Position numbers and translations under genes: made by a program. Positions 31,037 through 42,025 of a stretch of 64,000 nt of DNA are shown one piece after another. Source of the DNA: Tetramitus jugosus (taxonomy: Eukaryota > Protista > Heterolobosea); contig OW569371.1 in NCBI GenBank assembly GCA_937625935.1, forward strand, positions 372,001 to 436,000. Direction: 5' to 3'. The notes beneath the pieces were generated by a model. That model was not told the origin of the DNA. It ran no database searches and saw only the letters and a program-made list of their open reading frames with translations. Position 1 is the stretch's first letter. Each line of letters begins with the position of its first letter.

Positions 31037-34000
31037 TTAGTGCGTTAGCAATTCACCGATATCTACGGATTCGACGTCGATGATTAATGTATCATCCAGG
31101 TCAGCCGTGTCGAGAGGTTTTGGAGGAGCTTTGATAGGAGAACGACTGGAAGGTCTTTCCTTAGAAACTTCTGATTTTTGTTTTGGGGCATCATTGGTGC
31201 GAGCAGAGAGTCTTCCTGTTGCTCGTAAGACATTACTGGCACTGGCTTCTCTCTTGACAACAGGTTTAGAGACAGGGACTCGAGGTTTTGTCACATTTGA
31301 TACCTTTGCTCCTTTGGATTCATCTACCGCGGAGGGACGAGTGGTTCTTGTTGTTGAAAGAGTAGATTTGTCTACCACTCTTTTCGGGGTGGACAGTGGT
31401 ACAGAAGGCTTTCTTGTCACAGATGAGGTTAAGTTGCTTCTTGGGGTACTGGCACTAGATAGACCATAAATCGGAGTTGACAGATTTGACTCCATCGATT
31501 CGAGTAGGCTAGTTGTCTTGTCCTTGATCCTGTCTCTATCAGAAATCTTTGATTCCAATAACCCCATATTGTATTCGAGCTGTCTGTATCCAGAGTACAG
31601 AGTTTTATACTTTTCTTCAGCTTCCTTTTGTTTGGCAACCGCTAAATCTCTTTCATTTTCAAGTCTTTGAACTACCTTAGATTGATCTGAAGTTGTTCTC
31701 TCCAAATCCTTCTTCTTGGTTGATTCCAATTGTAAGTTTCTAAGTTGCCTTCGGAGATCATTCTTTTCTTCAAGCGCTGTTTGATACTTTAAAGATAGTT
31801 CGCTGTTCTTTTTTTCCAGCTCATGTATTAGCTGATCATACCTATTATCTTTTTCTGCTGTCATATTGAGAGATCTCTCTCGAACATTTCGAACAATTGA
31901 AGTTTTAGATTTTTCTAATTTCATTGTTCTTTGTTTTTCAATATTGAGGGCTGTTCTCATTTCTTCCAACTCCTTGATTCTCACATTTGCCTTGGATTTA
32001 ATCACATTCGCTTCTCGATCTGTCTTTGCCATTTCTTCTCTAATCTGTTGATTCCTTTCCACAAGCGCTGAAATATCTTGATTCTTTGAGGTAATGACAT
32101 ACTCCAAATCGATTATTACCTTATTGAGTCGTGTTATTTCGTCTTCATTCTTTTTGTTTGTACTATCAAACATCGATTTACATTCAATTAAAGAACATTC
32201 AAGCTCGAGGACTTTTTGTTCCTTCTCCTCTATTCGTCCTAGAAGTTTTTTGATCTCTTCTTTGTTATCGTTATCTCTCTTTGTCAAAGCTTGAACTGAT
32301 AGACAAGATTCCTTAAGTTCAGATCGACAAGTTTCGAGCTCATCTTCAAGTGTTTGATGCTTTCCGATCCATTCTTTGATGGTTTGCTCTTGTGACAATC
32401 GGTCCTGTTCGGAATTTTCCTCCAAGACCTTGTATTTATGGTTTAGATCTACAACTAAATCATCATGATTTTGTATGAGTTGTCTTAATTCTGCATCTCT
32501 ATGAGCTATTGTTTGGTCAAATTGGAGTTGCATTTTTTCTTTCTCTGCTTTGTTTTCAGTCTCTTGCTCTTCCTTTTCGGTCTGATGGCATTCTATCAGC
32601 TGAGTTCTTTCCTCTTCGTATTTTCGTTGTTTCTGTTCAAAATCTTCCTTCATGCTCTGGATTTCTGCCTCAGAAGCCGCTTGAAGACTACCAATCTCTT
32701 CTTTATGTTGTTCTAGGGTATCTGACATAGTGATTTCGTGTTGGGTGACCAGCTCTGCAATTTGGTCTTTGATAATTTGGATATTAGCTTCAAAAGAGGA
32801 GGTGATATTCTGGATCTCATTTCTATTCTGTTCTTGAGTCTCAGATAAAGCAACTTGGTGATTTTCAATTAGTTCAGCGGTATGAGTCTTCAAACGTTGT
32901 ATCTCTGTTTCAAAGGAGTTGGTAAGATTTTGAATCTCGATTGCCTGTTGGTGTTGTACTTCGGATAGAGTGGTATTGTGTTGCTCGATGAGGTTAGAGG
33001 TAGTCTTTTTCACTGATTCCATTTCGATTTCATGAGCTATTGTAATGTTCTGAATCTCAATCTGGTTCTTTTCTTGAATCTCAGATACCGTGGCATTGTG
33101 TTGGTCAATCAATTCAGAAGTTTGAGTTTTCATAACCTCTCTCTCAGTTTCAAAGGATGTGGTCAAATCTGCAATCTCAGTTCGATGTCTATCCTGTATT
33201 TCAGACAATGTCGAGTTGTGGTGCTCTACTAGTTCAAAAGAAAGTTGTTGCATCCTCTCCACTTCACTTTCATGAGCAGCTCTCATATTTTGAATCTCAA
33301 CTCTGCTATTCTCTTGAATTTGGTTTATATTGGCTTCATATTGTACAGTAAGCTCTTCTAAGCGATTTTTCATCAGTTCTTCTGTTTGTTCCGCCTTCTC
33401 CTTCAGTTTTTCCATCTCGTTTCTATGGCTTATCTGAATCGATTCTATCTCATTTCGATGATCTTCTGATAATTCTATGAGCTTATTGTTATGTTCTTCA
33501 AGAAGTTTCTCTATTTGTTGCTTTAGTTCGACTTGGATCTGTGAGGCCAGAGTTTTTTCTTTCTCAATTTCCAGTTCGAATTGAAGCTTCATTTTGTCAG
33601 ACTCTTCAATGTGGTCATTCATTGCCTTTTCTATAATCCTATTGTGTTCTTCTATCATTCTTTGGATATCGTTTTCCATTGTTCTTTTTTGTTCATTGTA
33701 GTCCTCTCGCAGTTTTTGTACTTCGGAAAGATGGTTCTGAGTAATTTCTTCCATAGAGTTGTTGTGATCTTCGATTAATAGAGCAATTTTCCTCTCATTT
33801 CTTTCTTGTATGTCTACAAACTCTTGTTTGATGTTTACGAGTACTTGTTGAATCGAGTTTGATTGGTTGGTTACATCTTCCATTTGTTTTGTGAAGTCAT
33901 CTCGCATTTGATTCTTTTCTTGCTTGTGAGTGTTCATCATGGTGGAGATCTCTTCTCTATGATCCATTACTAGCCTAGCCTCATTTTCCCTGAAGTACTG

Positions 34001-36145
34001 CTCTTTTTCTTCAGTTTTCTTATCATATTCAGACTGTATAGCCTCTAGGGAGAATCGGTGGATCTCATTTACTCCATTCAACTCTCTCTCATGTTTCAAT
34101 ATCAAGTCATTAAGTTGGTCCTTAAGGTCTCTTTGGATTCGATCGGCTTCTTGAGATGAATCTTCTAATTCTTTCTGCAGTTTGAAGCGTATCTCTTTTT
34201 CAGAAAGATTGTGTATGATTTTGAGCAGCTCTCCTCTAATGCAATGCCTGGCAGTTAATTCTTCCATTTCACTTTGGAATTTCATTTGTTCTTCTTCAGT
34301 TTTTCGCTGGAGAGCATGGAGCTCATTTCCGAAGGTACATGTTAAATGACTAATCTCTTGTTTCAATGAAAGAATTTCTTTTTCACGATCATCAATTTCC
34401 TTCTGTAAATCGTTCTCTAACTGCATCGTTGACACATTGTATATGATGTTGTTCAACTCTATTTGAACTTCATATCTTTCTGTAGACTCAATCATTCTCT
34501 TTTCATTTTCTTCCGCTCTTTCCTTTGCTTTCTTCTGAAGAACCTCTAAGTTCTGTTGGTAGACAGTGCTCAAGGTTTGAATTTCTTTTTGGTAAGAGAG
34601 GGATTCTAGAGTGACTCTTTCAATTTCTGCTTGCTTGTCTAACTCTAGTTGGGACAAGGTAACTCTGTGAACCATGTCCAACACTTCCATCTTGATACTT
34701 TCTCTCTCAAGTAAGTTTGATAAATCCTCTTTGAGTTGATGTTCTCTATCGCCAAAAGCTGTTTTGAGTTCTTCAATTTCCTGTCTATGAATCCAGGTCT
34801 GGTGCTCCTTTTCGGTTTTATGTTTTTCTATTTCCAAGATCAACTCGTTTTTGAGGGAAAGCTCCATCTCCTTGTTTTCCTTGTTCAACTTCTCAAGTTG
34901 TCCATTACACCGCCTTTGTAAATCTTCCATTTCTGCTAAGTGTGATGCACTTTGCTCTTCAATTCGATCAGTAAATTCATTTGTTAGCATCTGGTGTTTT
35001 TGCTGAAGCAAATCAATCTTCATTTGAACTAACGCTCTCTCTTCTTCAAACCTTAATTCTCTATCTGACATGGCTTTCTCATGCTCATCTCTAATATTTT
35101 CCTTTTCTTCACTATGGATCAGCTTTGTTCGGTTCAGCTCCTCTTTGTAGTCTTCCATCAACTGTGCCACCTTTCTGTTATGATCCTCTTGAATATCTTG
35201 GAACTCTTGTCGAATGGCAATTAATGCTTGTTGAATAGCAAAAGATTGGTTATTGACATCCTCCATCTGTTTGCTGAATTCCAAGTTCATTCTTTCCTTC
35301 TCAAGCTTGTGAGAGTCAACAATTTCATTCAACTCTTTCTCATGCTTTGATGAGAGTTCTTCTATTTTTTTGCGAGATGCCGACTGAAATTCGAGAGCTT
35401 CCAGCTTTACTTTCTCAACTTGTTCAGCACAACTTGACCTTAATGTTTCCAATTCCTCGGAATGGTTCAGAGAAATTTCTTCAATGGAGCGATCGTGCTT
35501 CTCTATGAGCTCTCTCAATCGATTTTGATAATCATTTTCAGTCACCTTTAGTTGATTCATCAAGACTTCTTCTTGGCGTTCAAACTCCTTTCTCATTCTC
35601 TCCATCAACTCTTTGTGCTCTTCATTTTGTTGCTCATTTTCTTCCCTGTGAGTTTGTTCGAGATGTTTCAACTGTTGTTCATACTTGTGAATTAGCCCTT
35701 GCCTTTGTATCTCCACCTCTCCTTCTACTTCAGCTAGTTTCGTTTTCAGATCCTCGACTTCCTCCTCTCTTTGTTTATCAAGAGAGTTCTTTTCTTCTAG
35801 ATGAAGATTTGTCAATTCATTTATTCTTTCCTTTTGGGTTTGTTGTAACAGATTTAATTGTTCATTGAGTTCGTTGGATCTTCTCTCTGATTCCTTCCTT
35901 TGGACATCCAACTGTCTTTGGAATTCAGCTCGAAGTGACTTTTCAAGCTCCCTTGCTTCTTCAACGAGTTGATTCTCCTTTTCCTGAAATGAATTCACTT
36001 CATTTTCTCTCAAAGCTCTGAGAAGAGAGATTTGACTTTCGAGCTCCTGTTCTCTCATTTTGGCCATGTGATAGAGCTCATAATCTATCGAGCCCTTCTG
36101 CTCTCCACTCTCGTGGATAGAGACATATTCATCGTTTTTAATCAT
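31037..36145 (-). CDS. Giant coiled-coil protein (1702 aa) with internal 40-aa tandem repeats and a basic S/T/P-rich tail
   Basis: Uninterrupted 5.1-kb ORF, E/Q/K/L-rich. Confidence 0.85.
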   Translation of the reverse strand: MIKNDEYVSIHESGEQKGSIDYELYHMAKMREQELESQISLLRALRENEVNSFQEKENQLVEEARELEKSLRAEFQRQLDVQRKESERRSNELNEQLNLLQQTQKERINELTNLHLEEKNSLDKQREEEVEDLKTKLAEVEGEVEIQRQGLIHKYEQQLKHLEQTHREENEQQNEEHKELMERMRKEFERQEEVLMNQLKVTENDYQNRLRELIEKHDRSIEEISLNHSEELETLRSSCAEQVEKVKLEALEFQSASRKKIEELSSKHEKELNEIVDSHKLEKERMNLEFSKQMEDVNNQSFAIQQALIAIRQEFQDIQEDHNRKVAQLMEDYKEELNRTKLIHSEEKENIRDEHEKAMSDRELRFEEERALVQMKIDLLQQKHQMLTNEFTDRIEEQSASHLAEMEDLQRRCNGQLEKLNKENKEMELSLKNELILEIEKHKTEKEHQTWIHRQEIEELKTAFGDREHQLKEDLSNLLERESIKMEVLDMVHRVTLSQLELDKQAEIERVTLESLSYQKEIQTLSTVYQQNLEVLQKKAKERAEENEKRMIESTERYEVQIELNNIIYNVSTMQLENDLQKEIDDREKEILSLKQEISHLTCTFGNELHALQRKTEEEQMKFQSEMEELTARHCIRGELLKIIHNLSEKEIRFKLQKELEDSSQEADRIQRDLKDQLNDLILKHERELNGVNEIHRFSLEAIQSEYDKKTEEKEQYFRENEARLVMDHREEISTMMNTHKQEKNQMRDDFTKQMEDVTNQSNSIQQVLVNIKQEFVDIQERNERKIALLIEDHNNSMEEITQNHLSEVQKLREDYNEQKRTMENDIQRMIEEHNRIIEKAMNDHIEESDKMKLQFELEIEKEKTLASQIQVELKQQIEKLLEEHNNKLIELSEDHRNEIESIQISHRNEMEKLKEKAEQTEELMKNRLEELTVQYEANINQIQENSRVEIQNMRAAHESEVERMQQLSFELVEHHNSTLSEIQDRHRTEIADLTTSFETEREVMKTQTSELIDQHNATVSEIQEKNQIEIQNITIAHEIEMESVKKTTSNLIEQHNTTLSEVQHQQAIEIQNLTNSFETEIQRLKTHTAELIENHQVALSETQEQNRNEIQNITSSFEANIQIIKDQIAELVTQHEITMSDTLEQHKEEIGSLQAASEAEIQSMKEDFEQKQRKYEEERTQLIECHQTEKEEQETENKAEKEKMQLQFDQTIAHRDAELRQLIQNHDDLVVDLNHKYKVLEENSEQDRLSQEQTIKEWIGKHQTLEDELETCRSELKESCLSVQALTKRDNDNKEEIKKLLGRIEEKEQKVLELECSLIECKSMFDSTNKKNEDEITRLNKVIIDLEYVITSKNQDISALVERNQQIREEMAKTDREANVIKSKANVRIKELEEMRTALNIEKQRTMKLEKSKTSIVRNVRERSLNMTAEKDNRYDQLIHELEKKNSELSLKYQTALEEKNDLRRQLRNLQLESTKKKDLERTTSDQSKVVQRLENERDLAVAKQKEAEEKYKTLYSGYRQLEYNMGLLESKISDRDRIKDKTTSLLESMESNLSTPIYGLSSASTPRSNLTSSVTRKPSVPLSTPKRVVDKSTLSTTRTTRPSAVDESKGAKVSNVTKPRVPVSKPVVKREASASNVLRATGRLSARTNDAPKQKSEVSKERPSSRSPIKAPPKPLDTADLDDTLIIDVESVDIGELLTH

Positions 36146-37045
36146 GGCACTGTTCTTTTATTATTGTTGTCAAGAGTGAAAAGACAACAAGATGGAAAGT
36201 TGTTTGTCGGTAACCGTACGGCAAAAACCCGCCAACTGAATTCGGAGATGTCGAACCGTTGAGCTCGTTGAACCGAATCCTCCCTTGTGGTGTTCACAAC
36301 CTCCGTGACCAGTTATTTTCATGCCAAGGACGATCTTGAAAGAATACAAGCAAAGGCGAGATTCCTCTTTGAATGGCCCTTGATTCAATGGATATCAAAA
36401 TCTTGGTCAACTCAACGTGTAGGACACCAGTTCTTTTCATTTCTCTTTTTATATGAAGTGATTCAAAATGGCCACCAAAACAAGAGCACTACATTACTTG
36501 AATCATTCCAATCTTCTGACCACAGTGTGGGTGCTTGAGAAAGCCGAAGTCTGCACTGTAGTTGGCAGCCTTTTGAATCCATGAAAGTTCACTCTTCTCT
36601 ACACTGTGGTTTCCTCTCCTGATCAACCAGGGCTGCAGATGCCCCTTTTTCTCAGCTCAGGTTGTCCTTGTACAGAGCAGGTTCATCCTTATTGGAGTTT
36701 TGTGGGACATTGACAGGTCCTCATCTGGGCTATCAAAATGTTCAGTATTTGGTGAGATTTTGAACCAATCTTACACTTTGGAAATAGCTGCTTGAATTCT
36801 TTGAAACAAAGAGGTCGTTCGTCCACAAGCAGTTGATTACGGCCGTAAATCACAGATGGATTGGATGTACCTTGCCAATCTACACTCACCACACTGCTTA
36901 ACCATATTGACAGTCAATATGCAAGGGTTTCCATGGGAGTGCAATATCAGCAGATATTTGATGGCCCAGTCAGACACGGGATATTGAGGAGAAAACATGT
37001 GCGCAAAAATCGCACAAATACAACTATTTTTTCTTGTTTTATATA

Positions 37046-37118
37046 TCCCATATAGTCTAGTTGGTTAGGATACATGGCTCTCACCCATGAGACCCGGGTT
37101 CGAGTCCCGGTATGGGAG
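37046..37118 (+). tRNA. tRNA-Glu (CTC)
   Basis: Acceptor stem TCCCATA/TATGGGA, anticodon arm CATGG-CTCTCAC-CCATG, GTTCGAGTC T-loop, TTTT terminator immediately after. Confidence 0.96.
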
Positions 37119-37220
37119 TTTTGTATGCGGTCGCGAAAAACACCTTTTCGTCTCCGTTAGAAAATATGCAAGGGCCTAACTTCGGGAAACGAAGTTAACT
37201 TCCTTTTATTGAACACTCCT

Positions 37221-38504
37221 TCATTCTTGATGCGTGACATCTTCGAAATTAGGTCTCCAGATTGACTCATAAAATTCTTCACCAGTGTTTGTGAACCACA
37301 CCTTCCTTCCAAGTCGTTCATCTTCTCTCTGCATTCTCTCCCATTCCTCAACCATGTCATATGGTTTGGCATCTGAATACAGACCTTCTTGCTCACTGTC
37401 AAACATTTGAGACATGGTCTTCTTTGTGTTCCTGTCACTCTTGCTCTTCTCGAATGATATCTTTTTGTCAATGTATGACTTTAGTGTTTTTGAGCGATCA
37501 TTAATGTAACCCAATAAGATTGACTTGTCCATAAAATCTCTTGCCCTCTCATAATCCATCTTACAATAGAGTATTTTAGCTCTAAGATAGAATAGTTCTG
37601 GAATTGATGGTTCATGAGTCTGAAGTGGATGATAATTGCAATAAACGAGTGCTTTTTCTAGTTCCTTTGACGCGTCCTTGATATTATTGGCTTCCTTTAG
37701 TTGCTCAAACAGTGCTAGACATGTCTTTATCATGTTCAAATGCACCTTGATCTGCTCCTCTAACAAGCGAGGATACTCTGAGCTTGGCACATTTTTTGCC
37801 GAATCCAACAACATTTTTGCTCGTCCGTAGCACGAAGCAGCTTCCTTGTACTTTTGTTGCTTGTAATGATTGTTGCCCAATATCCGATCATCCTGAGCGT
37901 ATTGAATACGTTCATCCAGGTGAGTCGGCTCAGGTCTCTTCCTCTCCAAGCTAACCATCTCAAAATAGTACAGTAAACTGACTTGATAGTCCTCTGGTAG
38001 CTCTTGAAGGTGTTCATTGGGTAGTGCCATGAGAGAAGATCGATCAATCAAGCAACAGTCAGCACCGATACGGAACCATGATTTTTCACCTTGTCTCATT
38101 GAAAACAAGCACTTTTCAAAAAAGGGCAACTTGTTTCGCTTGAATAATCGAACTTGTTGCAGAGAGTAACCATCGTCGTACAGTACGGGTGGCACCTTGC
38201 ATTCATCTTGATCATCACTCGGTATGACATAACCAGCGTAGAGATACTTGATTTTGGAGCCAATGGTGGGCAGTAATCCTTGACCTTGTTCCGTGACTTG
38301 TTTTCGAATACCTCCTCCTTTCGTGGCATTGGTTGTAGGCTGTTGGAGAATCTCGGAAAAGGAAAGCTCTTTCCAATCAGGCACAACTAAAAACTTTCTT
38401 TCAAATTTCTTGTCTTCTTTGAGTGAGTCTTGTTGTGTTGGTTCTTCTTCTTCTGAAACGTGGTTGTTCACCGTCGTGACAGTGTGATCATTGTTGTCTT
38501 GCAT
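37221..38504 (-). CDS. FKBP-type PPIase-like domain plus TPR repeats (FKBP51/52-like co-chaperone)
   Basis: GGIRKQVTEQGQG..PTIGSKIKYLYAG, CLFSMRQGEKSWFRI; TPR GNNHYKQQKYKEAASCYGRA; PPIase site looks degenerate. Confidence 0.8.
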   Translation of the reverse strand: MQDNNDHTVTTVNNHVSEEEEPTQQDSLKEDKKFERKFLVVPDWKELSFSEILQQPTTNATKGGGIRKQVTEQGQGLLPTIGSKIKYLYAGYVIPSDDQDECKVPPVLYDDGYSLQQVRLFKRNKLPFFEKCLFSMRQGEKSWFRIGADCCLIDRSSLMALPNEHLQELPEDYQVSLLYYFEMVSLERKRPEPTHLDERIQYAQDDRILGNNHYKQQKYKEAASCYGRAKMLLDSAKNVPSSEYPRLLEEQIKVHLNMIKTCLALFEQLKEANNIKDASKELEKALVYCNYHPLQTHEPSIPELFYLRAKILYCKMDYERARDFMDKSILLGYINDRSKTLKSYIDKKISFEKSKSDRNTKKTMSQMFDSEQEGLYSDAKPYDMVEEWERMQREDERLGRKVWFTNTGEEFYESIWRPNFEDVTHQE

Positions 38505-38811
38505 TTTCTTTTTGTGGTTTTTTTATTCTTTGGATTGTGTGAACTTTGACATCTTTTTTTGTAACCACTTCGCACTGGATCCAGTGATGAACCCTCCTTC
38601 AAAACCAAGCCGTACCGAAAATAGGCGGTTGACCTCTAATGGAAGAGAGAAAACTGACTTCCGACAAGCAACCAGATTTTGAGATGTTCATCTGTTGTGG
38701 TTGGACATCGGCCGAGGTGACATTGAACTGGGCATGGCACGTGAAAACATTTGCACTTTCTGCAGAAAAACAAAAAACACACTGCCCTTGACGTCAGTTT
38801 CTTTAAAGAAC

Positions 38812-40182
38812 ATGGATCCTCAGTTGTACCCTGACTTTAGTCAACAGCAAGAGCAACAACAGTCACCTCAACCTCAACAGCCTCAGCAGCCTCAACAACA
38901 GCCGCCATCTCCACAACAATATCAACAACAACAACAACAGCAACCTCAACAATGGCAGCAGTTTCAACCCAACAACACGAATTACTATGTTGCTACAAAT
39001 GCTTCACAACAACAACAACAGCAACAACAGCAACCACAGCCATTCATAGCTTACAACAATGGTCCTCTACATCATGTGCCACATCCTCAATATCATCACC
39101 ATCATCACCAGCAGCAGCACCAGCGGCAAGCTCCTCCACCTCCTCCACTCTATCGAGAGGATAGCTCCTCCGCCAGTCGTGTGGGAAAATTTTCGTTCAA
39201 AGACTTGTTTCTCACTGTTTCTGGTTCTCATCTCTTCTTGGGTGTTTGCTTTCGAAAAAAGTCACACAAGAAGCATTACACAACACTGAGAAGAATCATT
39301 TTCTTGCTTTATTGCATGTTGTGTTCACTGTTCTTTGTGTTGTTTATGCAACAAATCAAGTATTACTCTGCTGTGGTTTGTCAGGGCTCCACACCCATTT
39401 ACAATGACTGTCTCGGAGATTTTGGAAGAGATTATGCCCATTGTCCGAGCGTGCGTTCGTATATTACTCCAGAGAGCGGGAAAGCCATCAGAAGGAGCGT
39501 TTACAGTTTTGTGTATGAGTATGACGACGCATACAATTCTACCATTTCAAAATGGTCGGACAGCAAGTTTTGTGTGCCGTATTGTATTCCTAATATCATT
39601 TACATGGATACAAGGCCACCGTGCTACAATGTGACACAAGAGATGCAAAAGAGTCTCATTTGTACGCATCCTTCCTACTATTGTAACACTTCTAGCTCTC
39701 CACTGGTGGGTGCCATTGCCTCTGGTATTTTAGCAGTCATCTTCTTTTATCCATCCAAGCTGCTGCTGTCGTGTGCTCTCAAGGTGACTGGTCCAGGCAA
39801 ATTGTGCAACAACATTTTGGGTAAGATTTGGTTGTGTGTTGTGGCAATGATGCTCGCTGTTGTCATCCTGTTCTGGGTGAGCTATGATATGGCATTGCTT
39901 CGAGAGAATCGATTGTTGTTCAAATCGGCGGCACAAGAGATTTTTGTCTATGGTCTCGTGCCTTTTGCCATTTCAATCTTGACTGGATTTTCAATCGATT
40001 TAGTCGTGAGTACAATCATGTACTTTGTGTTGCGCAAGTGGAGACACAACAAGGGTGACGAGGAGGATGAGGAGAGAGTGTCATTGTTGGCACCACCTCC
40101 AGTTGCCACGCCTACGCCCATCACAATGATTCCAAATCCTAATCCAATGATGATCCCTCCACAACAATATCATCAACAATAA
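38812..40182 (+). CDS. Multi-pass membrane protein with Q-rich N-terminus and Cys-rich extracellular loop
   Basis: About four hydrophobic segments flank a Cys-rich loop; no family recognised. Confidence 0.7.
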   Translation: MDPQLYPDFSQQQEQQQSPQPQQPQQPQQQPPSPQQYQQQQQQQPQQWQQFQPNNTNYYVATNASQQQQQQQQQPQPFIAYNNGPLHHVPHPQYHHHHHQQQHQRQAPPPPPLYREDSSSASRVGKFSFKDLFLTVSGSHLFLGVCFRKKSHKKHYTTLRRIIFLLYCMLCSLFFVLFMQQIKYYSAVVCQGSTPIYNDCLGDFGRDYAHCPSVRSYITPESGKAIRRSVYSFVYEYDDAYNSTISKWSDSKFCVPYCIPNIIYMDTRPPCYNVTQEMQKSLICTHPSYYCNTSSSPLVGAIASGILAVIFFYPSKLLLSCALKVTGPGKLCNNILGKIWLCVVAMMLAVVILFWVSYDMALLRENRLLFKSAAQEIFVYGLVPFAISILTGFSIDLVVSTIMYFVLRKWRHNKGDEEDEERVSLLAPPPVATPTPITMIPNPNPMMIPPQQYHQQ

Positions 40183-40253
40183 ATGAATTCAATGTTGCGG
40201 TTTCTCTTACTTTATTCTTCTTCGAAACTTTTGTGTGATATCCTCCTTCTTTC

Positions 40254-41285
40254 TTATAGCTTTTGAGTCATTTCAGGCACAATGTTAAACAAATCACCAA
40301 CCAAACCATAGTCGGCAACTTGATAGATTGGAGCCTCAGCGTCCTTGTTAATAGCCACAATAGTCTTACTGTCCTTCATACCAGCCAAGTGCTGAATGGC
40401 ACCAGAGATACCAACTGCAATGTACAACTCTGGAGCCACAACCTTACCAGTTTGACCCACTTGCAAATCATTTGGCACATAACCTTCATCGACAGCAGCT
40501 CTCGTTGCACCGACAGCACCACCCAACTTGTCTGCCAAATCGTACAAAATCTTAAAGTTCTCTCCATTCTTCAATCCTCTGCCACCAGAGACAACAACTC
40601 TAGCAGAGGCCAACTCTGGACGATCACTCTTTGAAATTTCTTCCGAGATCCATTGTGGTGCATTCTTGACAGAGTCAACATTGGCCTCTTCACTCACAAT
40701 CTCTGCTGCACTCTTGTCAGCAGCAGCAGCAGCCTTATCAAAAGCAGTGGTTCTCACAGTCATAACCTTGGTAGTATCCATGGATTCGACTGTACACAAT
40801 GCATTTCCAGCATAGATGGGTCTCATGAACTTGCTTTCACCATCAATTTGCATCACATCCATCACTGGACTCACATCCAATGAAGCTGCCAATCGAGGCA
40901 ACAAATTCTTACCAAAAACAGTGTGAGGAGCCAAAATGTGACTGAATTGGTTCTTGGATTGAACTTGTTGCAATGCTTCTTGCAAGTACTCTGCAATGTT
41001 GTGCTCAAATTGAGAATTGTTGAGAATGAGCACCTTTTCGACACCAGAGAGCTTTGATACCTGTTCAGCAACAGACTTGTCTCCATTGTGAGTAAAGACG
41101 AGAGCTGTGATTGGACCAGTGAGCTTTTGAGCAGCAGTGATGGTTGGGAGAGTGCTGGCAGAGAGTTGATTGTTGGAGTGTTCGACTAGCACGAGAGATT
41201 TGGCATAGTGACGGAATTGTTGTTGTTGTTTTTGTTGTTGAAAGAGTGTTCTTCTTGTGTGGTTGGTAGTTGCTCTGAGAAACAT
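40254..41285 (-). CDS. ETFA: Electron transfer flavoprotein subunit alpha (mitochondrial)
   Basis: RPIYAGNA, VVSGGRGLK, VGATRAAVD, QVGQTGK, YIAVGISGAIQHLAGMKDSK; Arg-rich presequence. Confidence 0.97.
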   Translation of the reverse strand: MFLRATTNHTRRTLFQQQKQQQQFRHYAKSLVLVEHSNNQLSASTLPTITAAQKLTGPITALVFTHNGDKSVAEQVSKLSGVEKVLILNNSQFEHNIAEYLQEALQQVQSKNQFSHILAPHTVFGKNLLPRLAASLDVSPVMDVMQIDGESKFMRPIYAGNALCTVESMDTTKVMTVRTTAFDKAAAAADKSAAEIVSEEANVDSVKNAPQWISEEISKSDRPELASARVVVSGGRGLKNGENFKILYDLADKLGGAVGATRAAVDEGYVPNDLQVGQTGKVVAPELYIAVGISGAIQHLAGMKDSKTIVAINKDAEAPIYQVADYGLVGDLFNIVPEMTQKL

Positions 41286-41542
41286 GTTTGGATGAGTGAG
41301 TTGTTGATCGCAAGCAAGATTGAGTTGAGTTTTTTTGGGAGACGAGAAAAGCTTTTTCTCTTGCGAGTTATCGCGACAGTGGGTTTTTGCCGGTTTCGGA
41401 GATATGCAGCGGGAGTCGATTTTCGTTCTGGTCCTCCTTTTTGATGAAAAATCAAAAAACTGTTGTTTGATTTTATTTATTCGAGCACAAAAAACCAGCA
41501 AGTTCATCACAGGACCATCATCATCATTGTCGCATCCAAAAC

Positions 41543-42025
41543 ATGCAATCTCCATACTCACCATACGATTCACCCATCTCTCCAGTTCAGCACACATCAC
41601 CAGTGATGTCACCATCTGTGCAACCATACTCTCCCAATCCAAGCTATAGTCCAGCACCATCTCAACAACCACCACAACAACAAATGTCTAGTGGTGGCGG
41701 TGGTGGTGGTGGACAAGTGAATAGACCTGCACTTGTAGCTTACTTGTGTGCCCATTGTGGATATGAGAATTTGTTGTCTCCTGAGACGTTGCCAAAGTGT
41801 TCTCGGTGTCCTCATCGTGTCATGTTTAAGAAGAGAACGAATAGAAGTATGTTTTTTTGTGTAAGCTTTTTTGAAAGCTTTTGTGTGAAGCTCTTTGTTG
41901 TAATGTTGTTGATTTGTCAAAATTTGGCGCGATTTTTGTATTCCGGTGTGATTTTGAGTTGCTTACGAAATCTTTTTTTCTCGTGTGATCACTCTCGAAC
42001 AGAGGAACAATATGAAGCAAGATAA
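41543..42025 (+). CDS. RPB12: RNA polymerases I/II/III shared subunit RPB12 (RPABC4); exons 41543-41846 and 42003-42025
   Basis: YLCAHCG...CSRCPHRVMFKKRTNR/KEQYEAR; removing the 156-bp GTATGT...ACAG intron gives the canonical C-terminus. Confidence 0.9.
   Translation: MQSPYSPYDSPISPVQHTSPVMSPSVQPYSPNPSYSPAPSQQPPQQQMSSGGGGGGGQVNRPALVAYLCAHCGYENLLSPETLPKCSRCPHRVMFKKRTNRSMFFCVSFFESFCVKLFVVMLLICQNLARFLYSGVILSCLRNLFFSCDHSRTEEQYEAR

Noticed and set aside
36300-37000. Second tRNA-upstream insertion before tRNA-Glu, or a MYND-finger remnant (KQCGECRLARY)
   Set aside because: No TSD, poly(A) tail or similarity to the 25.6-kb element seen; the motif is too degenerate to call
41847-42002. Hydrophobic 52-aa insertion in RPB12 as shown in the ORF track
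   Set aside because: It is a stop-free, in-frame GT-AG intron; splicing restores the canonical C-terminus
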